The notes under the pieces: model-generated
The model's database searches: none
Seen by the model: the letters and a program-made list of their open reading frames with translations, nothing else
What the model was told of the DNA's origin: nothing
Made by a program: the position numbers and the translations under genes
Shown: piece by piece, positions 26,266-26,871 of the stretch
Layout of the letters: every line of letters begins with the position of its first letter
Numbering within the stretch: position 1 is the stretch's first letter
From: Promethearchaeota archaeon
GTDB lineage: Archaea; Asgardarchaeota; Thorarchaeia; Thorarchaeales; Thorarchaeaceae
Length of the DNA stretch: 26,871 bases
Assembly (NCBI GenBank): GCA_014728035.1
Contig: WJMJ01000138.1
Span: forward strand, 1-26,871
Direction: 5' to 3'

Positions 26266-26404
26266 TCTAGGTTCCATTCAGCCTGACAGAAAGAAGATAA
26301 TGAGCGGGTGCTAAACAGTGGACGTGAGGGATGGGAAACATCTTCCTTCCCCCGTTCACCTGTGTTATCGCAGATTATTACGATTCACTGATATGTGTAG
26401 GAGG
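26266..26404 (+). repeat. Inter-cassette repeat copy 4
   Basis: TCTAGGTTCCATTCAGCCTGACAG...GGGTGCTAAACAGTGGACGTGAGGGATGGGAAACATCTTCCTTCCCCCGTTCACCTGTGTTATCGCAGAT...ACGATT...ATGTGTAGGAG. Confidence 0.9.
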
Positions 26405-26442
26405 TAATCCATCCGATCTTCTACTACAGATACCTTTGTCAT

Positions 26443-26853
26443 CTAATAATCTATCACTACAATACCATCAACAACTTTGAAATGGCTATCACGTGTGACT
26501 AAGGGGATATTGTGATGCTTTGAGGTGGCTGCGACTACAACATCAGCATAGGGAACCTTATTCCCCTGCTTTAACAGCAGGGCATCGATGTATGCAGCTT
26601 CTCGTGCAATTGAAGTGGTGAATTCCAGTTGTTCAAAATGAGCGAGGTCTGTGAAGGCCTTTCGGAGCTTATCATCCAGCGTTTTCTTCCCGATATGATG
26701 ATAATAGACACCTCGCAAATACTCGTGTACTGTTACTACAGATACCGCTTTTATGTCAGTGGTTTCATCAACCTGTTTTGCTGTGGATATAGCATCAACG
26801 TCACCTCTAGTGAGGTCTATGAGAAAGGTCGTATCAAAGATAGGCACGAGCAA
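26443..26853 (-). CDS. vapC: VapC PIN-domain toxin (cognate antitoxin presumably beyond the window end)
   Basis: IFDTTFLID, TVHEY, YADVVVAAT, LVTRDSHF; start is TTG 26853 or GTG 26847. Confidence 0.95.
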   Translation of the reverse strand: MLVPIFDTTFLIDLTRGDVDAISTAKQVDETTDIKAVSVVTVHEYLRGVYYHHIGKKTLDDKLRKAFTDLAHFEQLEFTTSIAREAAYIDALLLKQGNKVPYADVVVAATSKHHNIPLVTRDSHFKVVDGIVVIDY

Positions 26854-26871
26854 TCATCCCTCTTGTTGTGA

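Noticed and set aside
23453-26323. ORB (replication origin) interpretation of CAGTGGA
   Set aside because: Lacks the TTCCAGTGGAAA context and G-string; copies are ~950 bp apart; no orc1/cdc6 in the window.
24422-26370. Canonical integron attC call
   Set aside because: Only one R box fits consistently, L-box spacing is wrong, and conserved sequence extends past the expected crossover; no intI in the window.
23408-26404. CRISPR array interpretation of the repeats
   Set aside because: Repeats are long and degenerate, the intervening DNA is ~800 bp of genes, and there are no cas genes.
24375-26404. MITE with TAG/TAA target duplications (TAA..TAA, TAG..TAG ~130-136 bp apart)
   Set aside because: No terminal inverted repeats inside, and similarity continues beyond the right TAG; not fully excluded without genome-wide copy data.
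26854-26871. 3' end of a fourth antitoxin
   Set aside because: Expected from context, but only 18 bp are visible and the frame cannot be determined.

Overview
Archaeal genomic DNA (roughly 40% GC by eye), most likely from an Asgard archaeon, probably Thorarchaeia. This is an inference from the style of the family-5 solute-binding protein, a longin-like/small-GTPase fusion and archaeal TA families. Positions 1-17.6 kb are mixed housekeeping and accessory genes: an ABC substrate-binding protein cut by the window edge, EamA plus an HTH regulator, transketolase, the GTPase fusion, a PRTase-fold protein, a membrane-anchored wHTH protein, class I aldolase, a DoxX/CopD-like/PadR group, a hydrolase, a TspO-like protein, a hemerythrin and a methyltransferase. 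Two things stand out. First, a ~1,840-aa surface protein has two FG-GAP propeller regions, Ig-like repeats and a C-terminal 7-TM bundle with adhesion-GPCR-like topology. Second, from 23.4 kb to the window end there is an array of four different PIN (VapC-type) toxin modules, three with a complete antitoxin in the window. Each is preceded by a copy of a conserved, co-oriented non-coding repeat with core GCTMAACARTGGRC at ~950-bp periodicity. Copies 2-4 are ~135-145 bp and structured; copy 1 is truncated. This looks like a cassette system with non-canonical recombination sites. No integrase, tRNA, rRNA or CRISPR array was seen.
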